The position numbers and the translations under genes were made by a program. From Octopus bimaculoides (taxonomy: Eukaryota): DNA of 64,000 nt. How positions within the stretch are numbered: position 1 is the first letter of the stretch; every line of letters starts with the position of its first letter. The notes beneath the pieces were generated by a model. The model was not told where the DNA came from and did not search any database. It saw only the letters and a program-made list of their open reading frames with translations. Positions 48,410 to 60,860 of this stretch are shown piece by piece. Location: positions 114,859,863 to 114,923,862 of the forward strand of contig NC_068986.1 in assembly GCF_001194135.2 (NCBI RefSeq), given 5' to 3'.

Positions 48410-51191
48410 ATGACTGATGATTTCCAACTAGTTGTTCGACCCAAACGGCGCCAGAAATTTCGCAAAGCTAAACAGTTCAAAGATGGTATTATTAGTTTTG
48501 GAAGTTCTCTCGCACCTGAGTGTCAGGAATCGAAACAGTCTATCCTACATAAACTACAAAAATGCAGGTAAAAAGAATTTCAATGATTTGTAATGTGTGT
48601 ATGTAATTAAAGATAGGGCCGAACATTATTGTTCGTTAAAATCCGTCAAAATTTAAAGTAATATGGCATAAGTTCCAGTAATAGGCTGTGGTAGTCAATG
48701 TGTTAAATGATAATGGTGATGGTGTTATTTATAAAATATTTACAATGTAGAATGTTGTTTTTGTTGAGCTACATGTCATGGGTATTATTCTTCTGATTAA
48801 AGAATACAAACCCCTCCCCCCAAAACCCTAAAAAAACCAAGTGTATTTAGGGTGACATTATTCAACGTATCCTTTTTTTTATGATGGTAGACTGATCTGA
48901 GAGGGAAATTTGGTTCCTTTTTCTTGCAGACTGAGGATGCTTCATTGGCCTTTTGAACTTTGTAGAACTAATGCATTCATTAATATAACTATAAGGCGGT
49001 GAGCTGGCAGAATCGTTAGCATGCTGGGCAAAATACTTAGTGGCATTTCGTCTGTCTTTACATTCTGAGTTCAAATCCCACCAAAGTCGACTTTACCTTT
49101 TATCCATTTTGGGGTCAATAAAATGAGTACCAGTTGAATGCTGGGGTTGATGTAATCAACTTACCTCCACCCCTGAAATTGCTGGCCTTGTGCCAAAATT
49201 TGAAACTAATAACTATAACTAATATAAACTATAGCAGTATTATGTCAATATTATGTCATTACTGTGGTGAGATGGCAGAATCGTTAGCACGCCGGGCGAA
49301 ATGCTTAGCGGTATTTCGTCTGTCTTTACGTTCTGGGTTCAAATTCTGCTGAGGTCAACTTTGCCTTTCATCCTTTTGGCGTTGATAAATTAAGAACCAA
49401 TTGCGTACTGGGGTCGATCCAATCGACTGGACCCTTCCCCCAAAATTTCGGGCCTTGTGCCTAGAATAGAAAAGAATATTGGGTCACTGCTCCAACAATA
49501 CTGTGCCAATGCTTTGTCGTTATTATGTCATGGTTGTATCAATGTTGTCTGTTATATACACACGACAGACACGCAGAGGTGTGTATAATAAGAGTGTGTG
49601 TATAGCATGCACTTATGTTTATGTCTGCTCTATGTTATATTTTGATGTTCGTTTGCTCTCTTGTAGGAATGAAATAGAACTCTCGGATTTCTACACCAAA
49701 TTCCAAGGTACCACTCTTGTTTATAGTTTCATTAGATTACAGTTGTTAATTATTACTAAATTCCAATGCATGGGTCACTTTTGGTTCTCTAGTTGGTGTG
49801 TCAGTGTGTCTATATACTAAATATGAGGTGTATTATCAACTCTAGTATCTTGTATGAGGTGAGATATTGTGTGTCTCCTAATTCATTGCTACTGGGCTTC
49901 TGTTAGATGTGTATTATCTGGTTTAAGACTTTAGATGTTGGGTGTGCTTTTGTTTTTTGATTTTAGGTTTGGACTGGGGGAAGGATTGTGCTCTGAGCCA
50001 TTGATGTGACCTTTTAAAACTGTTGAGATTGATGTTTGTCTTGAACAATTGCAAGTTGATAACTGCAGAGAAAACATGGGCAGAAGGAATTCCAGAGGTG
50101 CTGGTGCCACTGGGAAAATGGACAGAGTGCAGAGGTTGGGATGATGGGGGAGGTGGAGAGATGAGTGAGTCAGAAGTGTTTGGGTGTGAGTATGAGAATA
50201 TTTTGTTATGAGAAAGCAAGCCATCATAGTAGCAGGAGAATATGTAGAGAGAAGAGATGGTATGTCTGTGTGACAGAGTTTAGTGTCACATGTCTGTTAC
50301 ACGTTCTGGTTGTATTTCTTACACTAAATCTAATTGCAATGTCATGGCTTAAAGCTCTCTACTACTTAGTTTAGGTCTCTTTATTTTGTTGGTGGACTAA
50401 ATGTTCTATCTCAGATTTATGTTTTCGGGTGGTACACATATTTGGAAAACTACTATTTTTAAATCTCACAGCCTGAGATATTCAGCAACAGTACTTTGTA
50501 GTAAAGATTGTCTGCTAACATAACATGGCAGTCCTGGTTTAGGACGAATGTTGCTGTAATTTAGCCCTAGGAGACATCGTTTCCAGCTGGCTATACAACA
50601 CAATCTGTGTCCTTACATTTTTCGAACAAGGGAATCTAGCACCCCCACTCAACTCACAACAATATCTGTGTATCGCGATTTCTGGGTTATTTCCCTTCAT
50701 CAGCACAGAATAATTGTTCAGCTAGAGGTGGCGCTGCCAAATTCCCATTCGAAATATATAGTTTACAAAGTGACAACTAATCACTGATCTATAAATTAGA
50801 AAATTACTATTTTTAAATCTCGCAACAAGAGATATTCAGCAACAGTACTTTGGAGTAAAGATTGTTTGCCAACATAATATGGCAGTCCTGGTTTAGGATG
50901 AATATTTGTTTGAAATTGATCATGCATCAGTTAATGGTTTTTACCAATCTCTCAGTGGCATAGAATTGGTGCTTTAATTTTTATATCAATCCCTTTTTAA
51001 AAAATATCTTACCAGTATAGTTGCACGCTTGACTATGTTGTAAGAAGCTTGCTTTCCAACCACATGATTCCGGGTTCAGTGCCACTGTGTAGCACCTTCA
51101 GCATTGGTCTTCTACTATAAGCCTTGGGCTGACCAAAACCTTGTGAGTGGATTTGGTGGATGGAAACTGAAAGAAGCCTGTTGTGTGTGTA

Positions 51192-51246
<55 letters not shown>

Positions 51247-53370
51247 ACCACTGCTTGACAACTGGTGATGATGTGTTTATGTCCCTGTAAGTTTGTGTTT
51301 TGGCAAAAGAGACCAATTGAAAAAGTACCAGGCTTAAAATAAGTCCTGGGGTCGATTCATTCAACTAAAATTCTTCAAGGCAGTGCCCCAGCATGGCCAC
51401 ACTCTGACTACTGAAACAAGTAAAGAAGAAAAAAAACCCAGTCTGTATTGTTGGTAGGATATTTGGACGGATTTAAAGTAGAGGTGGTCATTAGTTGGAA
51501 GTGAAGGATGTCATTTGTTTTTACCTCTTTGTTTCAATTTGTGGAAAAAATCAGATTATTAAGATAATAATTATCGTTATCTATGATAAAATATTTCTTA
51601 CTGAAAAATGAATAAGTGAAGTTCATGAGTTTCTCAAGGACAGTTGTAGCACAAAATGAAGTGAACTCATCCTAAACGGGATGTAAAACCTTTTTAAATA
51701 TTTCCTGCATATTTTTTCAGAAATTCTGGTGAAGAAGATTTCTGAATGTTTGCTGTCTTGTCATTATGAACAGTTAATGACTGCAACGGACTGTGGAGTT
51801 TCTAACGAGACTTTTGGAGAAATTTCTCCTGAACACAGCACAAGTTTGGAAGAGACCTTCAAACACCTGTTAAGTTTGCAAGATGACACCCCAAAAGATG
51901 AATCTTCTTCCCAGGTAAAGATGGAAGAATGTATAACACAATTGGCTCCACTTAAACTTGAACTTGTGGCTTATGGTATTGGACATTTTGCTGAGTGTAA
52001 AATCGCACAGTACCAGTTGGCTTTGATGATGGCTATATGTGACCAGTTTAAGGTAGGCAATTTTCCATCTGTGTTCACCATTCACTTTATTCTTCTCCCC
52101 CACTGTCTCCCATGTTCTTTTGCACTCTTGCAAACTCACCTCCCCACTCAATACTCTGTTCCACTTCATTTATAATTGCATCCCTGTAACTTGAGGGTAC
52201 ACCCTGACATATCTTTACTATCATCTCCTTTCTCTTTTCCAAGTGGGTCCATGTATTTCTTCTACAGTAGTGGTTCCCAAACTTTTTCGGGCTGCCACCC
52301 CCTTGACACCCAGGCCACATTACTAGTGCCCCCACCCCAACTAACCCTCACAAACATAGACTTCTTTCTGAAGCAAATTCAAAGCAACTGTATTTCACAA
52401 ATAAAACTTAACCTAATGAATCCATTATTTTGTTGTTTTTACATGAATTGCCACCCCATTATCACCCCAATTTTTACATGAATCGCTACCCCATCATCGC
52501 CCCACTTTTCTTCAATGCCCCCTTAGAACTTTCCACTGCCTCCAGGGAGGCAATACTGCCCACTTTGAAAACCACTGCTCTACAGCAAGACACCTGTCTC
52601 CGTCTGTCTATCATACCTGTCATCAACCTGGAACAAAGCCACTTCCCTCAGTATTACTTCTCTCTCGTTTGAGGAGTCTTGTCTGGCAATTTACTTGGTG
52701 ACATCACTGCTGCTGGTGCCATGTAAAAAGCACCCAGGGCAGTGTAAGGGTGTTGGCATCAAGAAGGCATCTAACCATAGAAACCATACCAAAGCAGACC
52801 CTAGAGCTTAGTGCAATCCTCTGATTTGCCAGCTCCTGTCAAACTGTCCAACCCATACCAGCATGGAAAATGATCATTAAACTATGAAGATGATGTATGA
52901 TGTTTTTGTAAAAAGTATGATGCTGCATGGCAGCAAAAAGCCTCCTCATTGGTTTGGGAAAAGCAACTATTCTGAGGATGTTCTTGGTTGTTGCAGTTCT
53001 ATATTTAAGACATGAGGAATTATGTACATTATTCACATTGTTTACATTTGATGGATATTTGTCCTCATCTTGTTTGTCGTTAACACAACATTTTGGCTGA
53101 TATACCTTCCAGCCATCATCAGGTGTCTTGGGGAAATTTCGAACCTGGGTTCTCATTCCTAAGGTATTTTTCGATAATATTATTATTATTATTATTCAGG
53201 TCACTACCTGGAATTGAACTTGGATCTTGGGGTTAGTAGCCCGTGCTCTTAACCACTATGCCATATGCTCATGGGCATATGGCGTTGTGGTTTTAAGAGT
53301 GCAGGCTACTAACCCCAAGATTCCGAGTTCGATTCCAGGCTGTGAACTGAATAATAATAATAATATAATA

Positions 53371-53425
<55 letters not shown>

Positions 53426-53907
53426 CAACAACAATAAACGATGTAAATAATGTTCTTGATTGCTATTCTAAATAGTTGGGTTATGTTGTTGTTTCCTCCT
53501 AGGTCAGCTCTCATCTTGTGGTTCTACGATCAAAGGCTTTCCAACCATGACTGTCTTGTCTTTTAGTATATCTAGGATTGTACTGTCCAATGGGTCCTTC
53601 ATATTTTAGAGTGTATTGTGCAATTTTAGGGAGACTTGACTACTATTTTAAGCAGTGATGTCAGAGATGCTCTGTAATTGATGTTGTCAGCCTAAAATGT
53701 TGTTGTTGGTGATATTGGAGCTAGTAATAATAAATACAGACTAGAAATCTATTTTGAAATCTTTGCAGCTGTCATTGCATCAATGTTATACATATGATCC
53801 AGTTTGGTCGGACGTTGAGAAATCTGTGATACACAGCATTGGTGTCTCTCTGCTCTCCAAAAATGAAGTAAGCTTCTATTTATTTAATATTACTAATGTT
53901 TAAAAGG

Positions 53908-53957
<50 letters not shown>

Positions 53958-55024
53958 GTCGTCGTCATCGTCGTCATTTAACGTCCGCTTTCCATGCTAG
54001 CATGGGTTGGACGATTTGACTGAGGATTGGTGAACCAGGAGGCGATACCAGGCTCCAATCTGATTTGGCAGAGTTTCTACAGCTGGATGCCCTTCCTAAC
54101 GCCAACCACTCCGAGAGTGTAGTGGGTGCTTTTACGTGCCACCGGCACGAGGGCCAGTCAGGCGTTGGGCAGTTTGACAGGAGCTGGTAAGCCAGAGGGT
54201 TGCACCACGCTCCAATTGTCCGATTTTGACTTGGATGTTTTTACAGCCGGATGCCCCTTTCTACTTCCAACCATCTTACTAAGTGTACTGGGTGCTTTTC
54301 ATGTGGAACTGGGTTCTTTCTACATGGTGCCAGCATGGGTGCTTTTCATGTGGCACAGGTGCCCTTCATGTGGCATTGGTATAGGTGCTTATCACATGTC
54401 ATTGGCATGGATGCTTTCTATATGACACGGTCACTGGTGCTTTTTATATGGCACCGTAAATTAGAAATCATTATTAAAGTGCATTAGTTGTGGGTTTCCA
54501 ATAATCCAATCATTGGTTTTATTGCACTTCTGATGGCAGGATTAACTTGGGAGAGTCTGTGCAACTTGGGCTGAGTAAATACCACAAAGTATTTTTGTTC
54601 AAATGCATAGGTTTATATGTTTCTTTGCTGATCTTTACCTTTTTTGAATGGCTGTATTGACAAAGGTCATTTCCCAACCACATGGTTTTAGGTTCAGTCT
54701 CACAGTATGGCACCTTGGGCCAGTGTCTTCTACTGGGGTTTCAAGTTGATTAATGTCTTGCAAGTGAATTTGTTGGAGGGAAACTGTGTAAGCCCATCAT
54801 GTAGATACATACACACATATACTCTTTTACTCTTTTACTTGTTTCAGTCTTTCTGACTGTGGCCATGCTGGAGCACTGCCTTTAGTCGAGCAAATCGCCC
54901 CCAGGACTTATTCTTTGTAAGCCTAGCACTTATTCTATCGGTCGCTTTTGCCGAACCACTAAGTTACGGGGACATAAACACACTAGCATCGGTTGTCAAG
55001 TGATGCTGTGGGGGGACAAACACA

Positions 55025-55061
<37 letters not shown>

Positions 55062-56944
55062 ACACATGTATACGAAGGGCTTCATTCCGTTTTTCCGCTA
55101 CCAAATCCACTTACAAGGCTTTGGTCGGCCCGAGGCTATAGTAGAAGACACTTGCCCAAGGTTCCACGCAGTGGGACTGAACCCGGAACCATGTGGTTCG
55201 TAAGCAAGCTACTTACCACACAGCCACTCCTGCACCTATAAAAATATATGTATGAACATCATCATCATCATCACACATATATATGTGTGTGCATGTGCAT
55301 TTAATTAGTAATTAAAAGCAAACCATAGAATCAACATGCTGGAAACATATCTCTTATTTTACAGTACTTGATTAAGGACAACAATGAGTGCCGTGAGGAG
55401 ACATGTTGAAGTATGTTTGGCACCTTGGGCAAGTGTCTTCTACTATAGCCTCGGACTGACCAAAGCCTTGTGAGTGGATTTGGTAGACGGAAACTGAAAG
55501 AAGCCTTTCATATATATATGTGTGTGTGTATATGTTTGTCCCCCCAACGTCGCTTGACAACTGATGCTGGTGTGTTAACGTCCCCGTAACTTAGCAGTCC
55601 GGCAAAAGAAAACTGATAGAATAAGTACTAGGCTTCCAATGAATAAGTCCTGGGGTCGATTTGTTCGACTAAAGGCGGTGCTCCAGCATGGTCACAGTCG
55701 AATGACTGAAACAAGTAAAAGAGTAAACCCCTAGCAACAGTAATATGGTCGAAACGATGTCAGATGTCTATTAATTGATACTTTTTGTTCGTTTTGTTTA
55801 CTAGGAAGGGAAGAGAAGCTGTCTGTCTAACAAGCTAACTCTGTTTTTGATGCCCCACTGTGGTACTGCATTGTACAACAATTTACTCTGGGCCAACTGG
55901 AACCCTTCACAGCTAAGAAATCTAATCATTGTTGGTAACAGTTTCCAAAATCTTGTTGACAGGTGAGTCACTTGATAGTTTGTTTTTGTCTGTATCCTTT
56001 AACATTCTCATCATTGTCATGATGATGATGATGATGATGAAGCTTACCACTGCCACCACTACACCCTCCCCATCATCTTCATTATTATTATCATCATCAT
56101 CTCCGTCATGCTAAGTTTAAATGTATTTAATTTAGACACTACATCTGAAGAACATCATCATCATCATTCTCATCATTTAATGTCTGTTCTCCAAACTGGT
56201 ATGGATTGGATAAAATTAAGGAAGCTGTTGTGACATGGAATTGAACTCTGGTCTCCCATGTGGCAGGCAGAGATACTTACCAATATACTACCAAGGACGT
56301 AGAGGCACAATGGCCCAGTGGTTAGAGCAGTGGACTTGCCGTCGTAGGATCGCGGTTTCGATTCTCAGATCGGGCGTTGTGAGTGTTTATTGAGCGAAAA
56401 CACCTAAAAGCTCCACGAGGCTCCGGCAGGGGATGGTGGCGAATCGTGCTGTACCCTTTCGCCCCAACTTTCTCTGACGCTTACTTCCTGTTTCTGTTGT
56501 GCCTGTAATTTAAAGGGTCAGCCTTGTCACTCTGTGTCATGCTGAATATCCCCGAGAACTACGTTAAGGGTACACGTGTCTGTGGAGTGCTCAGCCACTT
56601 GCACGTTAATTTCACGAGCAGGCTGTTCCGTTGATTGGGTCAACTGAAACCCTCGACGTCACAACCGACAGAGTGCCACTACCAAGGACAGATGGGACTG
56701 CCATGGCTGGAATATCTTTGATCTTGGATCTGTCAGTCATAGCTTACATGTGGTTAACAACAATGTGCAGGAGTGGCTGTGTGGTAAGTAGTTTGCTTAC
56801 CAACCACATGGTTCTGGGTTCAGTCCCACTGCGTGGCACCTTGGGCAAGTGTCTTCTGCTATAGCCTCGGACTGACCAAAGCCTTGTGAGTGGATTTGGT
56901 AGACGGAAACTGAAAGAAGACCGTCGTATATATGTATATATATA

Positions 56945-56987
<43 letters not shown>

Positions 56988-58468
56988 ATATGTTTGTGTG
57001 TCTGTGTTTGTCCCCCCAACTTCGCTTGACAACCAAGGCTGGTGTGTTTATGTCCCCGTAACTTAACGGTTCGGCAAAAAGAGACCGATAGAATAAGTAC
57101 TAGGCTCACAAAAAATAAGTCCTGGGGTCGATTTGCTCGACTAAAAGGCGGTGCCCCAGCATGGCCGCAGTCAAATGACTGAAACAAGTAAAAGAGTAAA
57201 AGAGTACCTCTATATAATAGCAATTTCCATGGAGGCTACACATACTGTATTGAAATATATACAGGTGCTTGTAGAGCTCCTATATAACCAGTGTTAAACA
57301 ACCGGAACAAGCAAACCATATCACTAAATTCACTCTCAGCATCCTCCAAGATACAGTTCTGCTCAGAACTGCAACAGTCGGCCAGTTCTGGAACATGTTA
57401 AATCACACTAATCGTTCTAACCTTTATTGTCTTCTTTTACTTGGTTCTGTCACTTGACTGTGGCCATGCTGGAGCACTGCCTTTAGTCGAAGAAATCGAC
57501 CCCAGGACTTATTCTTTGTAGGTTTAGTACTTATTCTGTTGGCTTCTTTTGCTGAACCGCTACGTTACGGGGACGTAAACACACCAGCATTGGTTGTCAA
57601 GCAATGATGGGGGGACAAACACAGACACACACACACACACACATATACATATATACGACGGGCTTCTTTCAGTTTCTACTCATTTCTACAGCTGAATGAA
57701 TTGGAGCAACATGAAATAAAGTGTCTTGCTCAAGAACACAACACAGTCCAGCCCATGAATCAAACTCACTACCTCATGATTGTAAGCCCAACGCTCTAAC
57801 CACTGAGCCACATGCCTTCATTGCACATTAATTCAGTGATACTGAATTCTTGTCCTCCTTCAGAACTGTCGATCTCCATTGTTTTGTTCTTCACCATCTG
57901 CTGGTTCACACACAGTCAGTCAGTCATCCAGTGTTTTAAATCCGGGTTTTGTCCTCAGATCTACCTCAATGCCACAGCAACCACCCTCACACCATCTCGC
58001 CCAGTTTTGGGCGGTTTTGGGCATCCTCCTTTTTCAAGCCAACCTTCCCAATCTCCTCCACCTGTCCCCTCTACCTTTCCCTCGGTCTACCTCGCTTTCG
58101 TGCTCTATTTACCTCAAACGCAATCACCCTCCTCAGAACATGCTCTTCATCCCTCCTTGCAATATGGAACTGCAAAGATCTTTATCAGTCATTGACTGCA
58201 AACGTGCTGAGGCACCGCCCTCAACGTGCTGAGGCACCGCCCTCAACGTGCTGAGGCACCGCCCTCAACGTGCTGAGGCACCGCCCTCAACGTGCTGAGG
58301 CACCGCCCTCAACGGGTTCAGCCAGTTACATTGCATCCCTCACCCCACACTCCATTCATTAACCATTTTATTAATACCTCTTCATTCAATGACTGCACCC
58401 AAGATACATTCAGTAAGAGTTCTCTCCCTTTTACAAATTTAATGCAGCACACTGACACCCATATACAC

Positions 58469-58519
<51 letters not shown>

Positions 58520-59661
58520 CATGCATATACAGAGGCGTACGAGGCAGCAACTATAACAAAAAAGAGGTTTTGATAAGAAGCTTGTGAGCCACAGACCACA
58601 CCTGTGATTAGCATGAAGTCTCAGGTAGAATTAAGGTGAGTTGATGGTGAAATGGAAGAAAGTGAGGAACAGTGTTAACCCATTAAGTCCCACTGTCCTA
58701 TAAATAGGACACTAAATGAGAACATTAGATAAGCTATATGACATTGTCTCAATGTCCTATTTATAGGACATTGAGTATTTCCATTTCTACTTGAAGTAAA
58801 GGAGTTTTAATAACTGATTATTTTAATTTTAACCTATTTTCAATCATCTCTCTTTTACTCTTTTACTTGTTTCAGTCATTTGACTGTGGCCATGCTGGAG
58901 CACCGCCTTTAGTCGAGCAAGTCGACCCCAGAACTTATTCTTTGTAAGCCTAGTACTTATTCTATCGGTCACTTTTGCCAAACCGCTAAGTTACGAGGAC
59001 GTAAACACACCACCATCGATTGTCAAACGATGCTGGGGGGACAAACACAGACACACAAACACACAGGCACACTTATACGATGGGCTTCTTTCAGTTTCCG
59101 TCAACCAAATCCACTCACAAAGCTTTGGTCGGCCTGAGGCTATAGTAGAAGACACTTGTCCAAGGTGCCACGCGGTGGGACTGAACCTGGAATCATGTGG
59201 TTCGTAAGCCACTCACAATTTTAAGTACTTAATGGGTTAAGCATCTAGAAGAGAAGGTAGACATCAGTGGATATATCTACAAAAGAGAGAAGCTGAAAGT
59301 AAAAGATTTACCAATATTTTACATTGTGAGAATTAGAAGCATGAAATGTTCTGAATTGTGAATCAGTGTGGTGTTGATGATGATGATGATGTCTCGGCAG
59401 TGGCGGCGGCGGTGGTTGCGATGTTGTTGTTGTTAGTGTGAGTCAGGATGTCCTCAGTGATATAACGATAATAGTGCATTTGCTGAGAAGGAGAGATGGA
59501 CATGCAGACAGACAGACTCACACACACAGCTACACATGCATGTACACGCACAGACAGACACATGCATGCACAGACATGCATACAGAGAGAGAGACACACA
59601 CACACATGCATGCACAAGCACAGACAGATACACACATACATACATGCACAGACACATACAC

Positions 59662-59692
<31 letters not shown>

Positions 59693-59998
59693 GAGTAATG
59701 AGTTAACTTTGATTTGGTTTTACATCCCGTTTAGGATGAGTTCACTTCATTTTGTGCTACAACTGTCCTTGAGAAACTCATGAACTTCACTTAGTCATTT
59801 TTCAAGCATTAAACTGTGCTTCAGTAAGAAATATTTTATCATAGATAACGATAATTATTTTCTTAATAATCTGATTTTTTACACTTTTTCCAGGCATTCT
59901 CATAAAGATCTACGAGAAAAAGCTGCGTATATTTATAAAGTATCCTTTGTATTTTCAAATTTGTTTGTGTTTGATGTGTGTGTGTGTATAAATATGTA

Positions 59999-60035
<37 letters not shown>

Positions 60036-60405
60036 NNNNNNNNNNNNNNNNNNNNNNNNNNNNNNNNNNNNNNNNNNNNNNNNNNNNNNNNNNNNNNNNN
60101 NNNNNNNNNNNNNNNNNNNNNNNNNNNNNNNNNNNNNNNNNNNNNNNNNNNNNNNNNNNNNNNNNNNNNNNNNNNNNNNNNNNNNNNNNNNNNNNNNNNN
60201 NNNNNNNNNNNNNNNNNNNNNNNNNNNNNNNNNNNNNNNNNNGGCACAGGAGTGGCTGTGTGGTAAGAAGCTTGCTTCCTAATCACATGGCTCAAGGTTC
60301 AGTCCCATTGCGTGGCACCTTGAGCAAGTATCTTCTACTATAGCCTCAGGCTGACCAAAGCCTTGTGAGTGGATTTGGTAGACAGAAACTGAAAGAAGCC
60401 TGTCG

Positions 60406-60442
<37 letters not shown>

Positions 60443-60826
60443 TTGTGTGTCTGTCCTCCCCACCATCACTTGACAACCAATGTTGGTGTGTTTCGTCCCC
60501 GTCACTTAGTGGTTCGTCAAAAGAGCCCAATAGAATAAGTACTAGGCTTACAAAGAATAAGTCCTGGAGTTGATTTGTTTGACTAAAGGTGGTGCTCCAG
60601 CATGGCTGGAAACAGCATGCTAAGACAAAGTCCATCGTTACTGATATATTAGTCTGCTGCTGATATGTTTTTGTGTTATTTAACACAGCATGTCCATGTA
60701 TTATCTCTAGATGAATACTGCTGTTAAGTTGGCTTTCCATGATGTACTTGCATTGAGTATGATACACAGATAGCTATTTTAATCTAATACTGCTTCTGCT
60801 GCATGTAAGATTTTATATATATATAT

Positions 60827-60860
<34 letters not shown>

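Noticed and set aside
58201-58310. Regular repeats (also 4160-5220 and 15945-16435) as CRISPR arrays
   Set aside because: No unique spacers, no cas genes, and a eukaryotic context.
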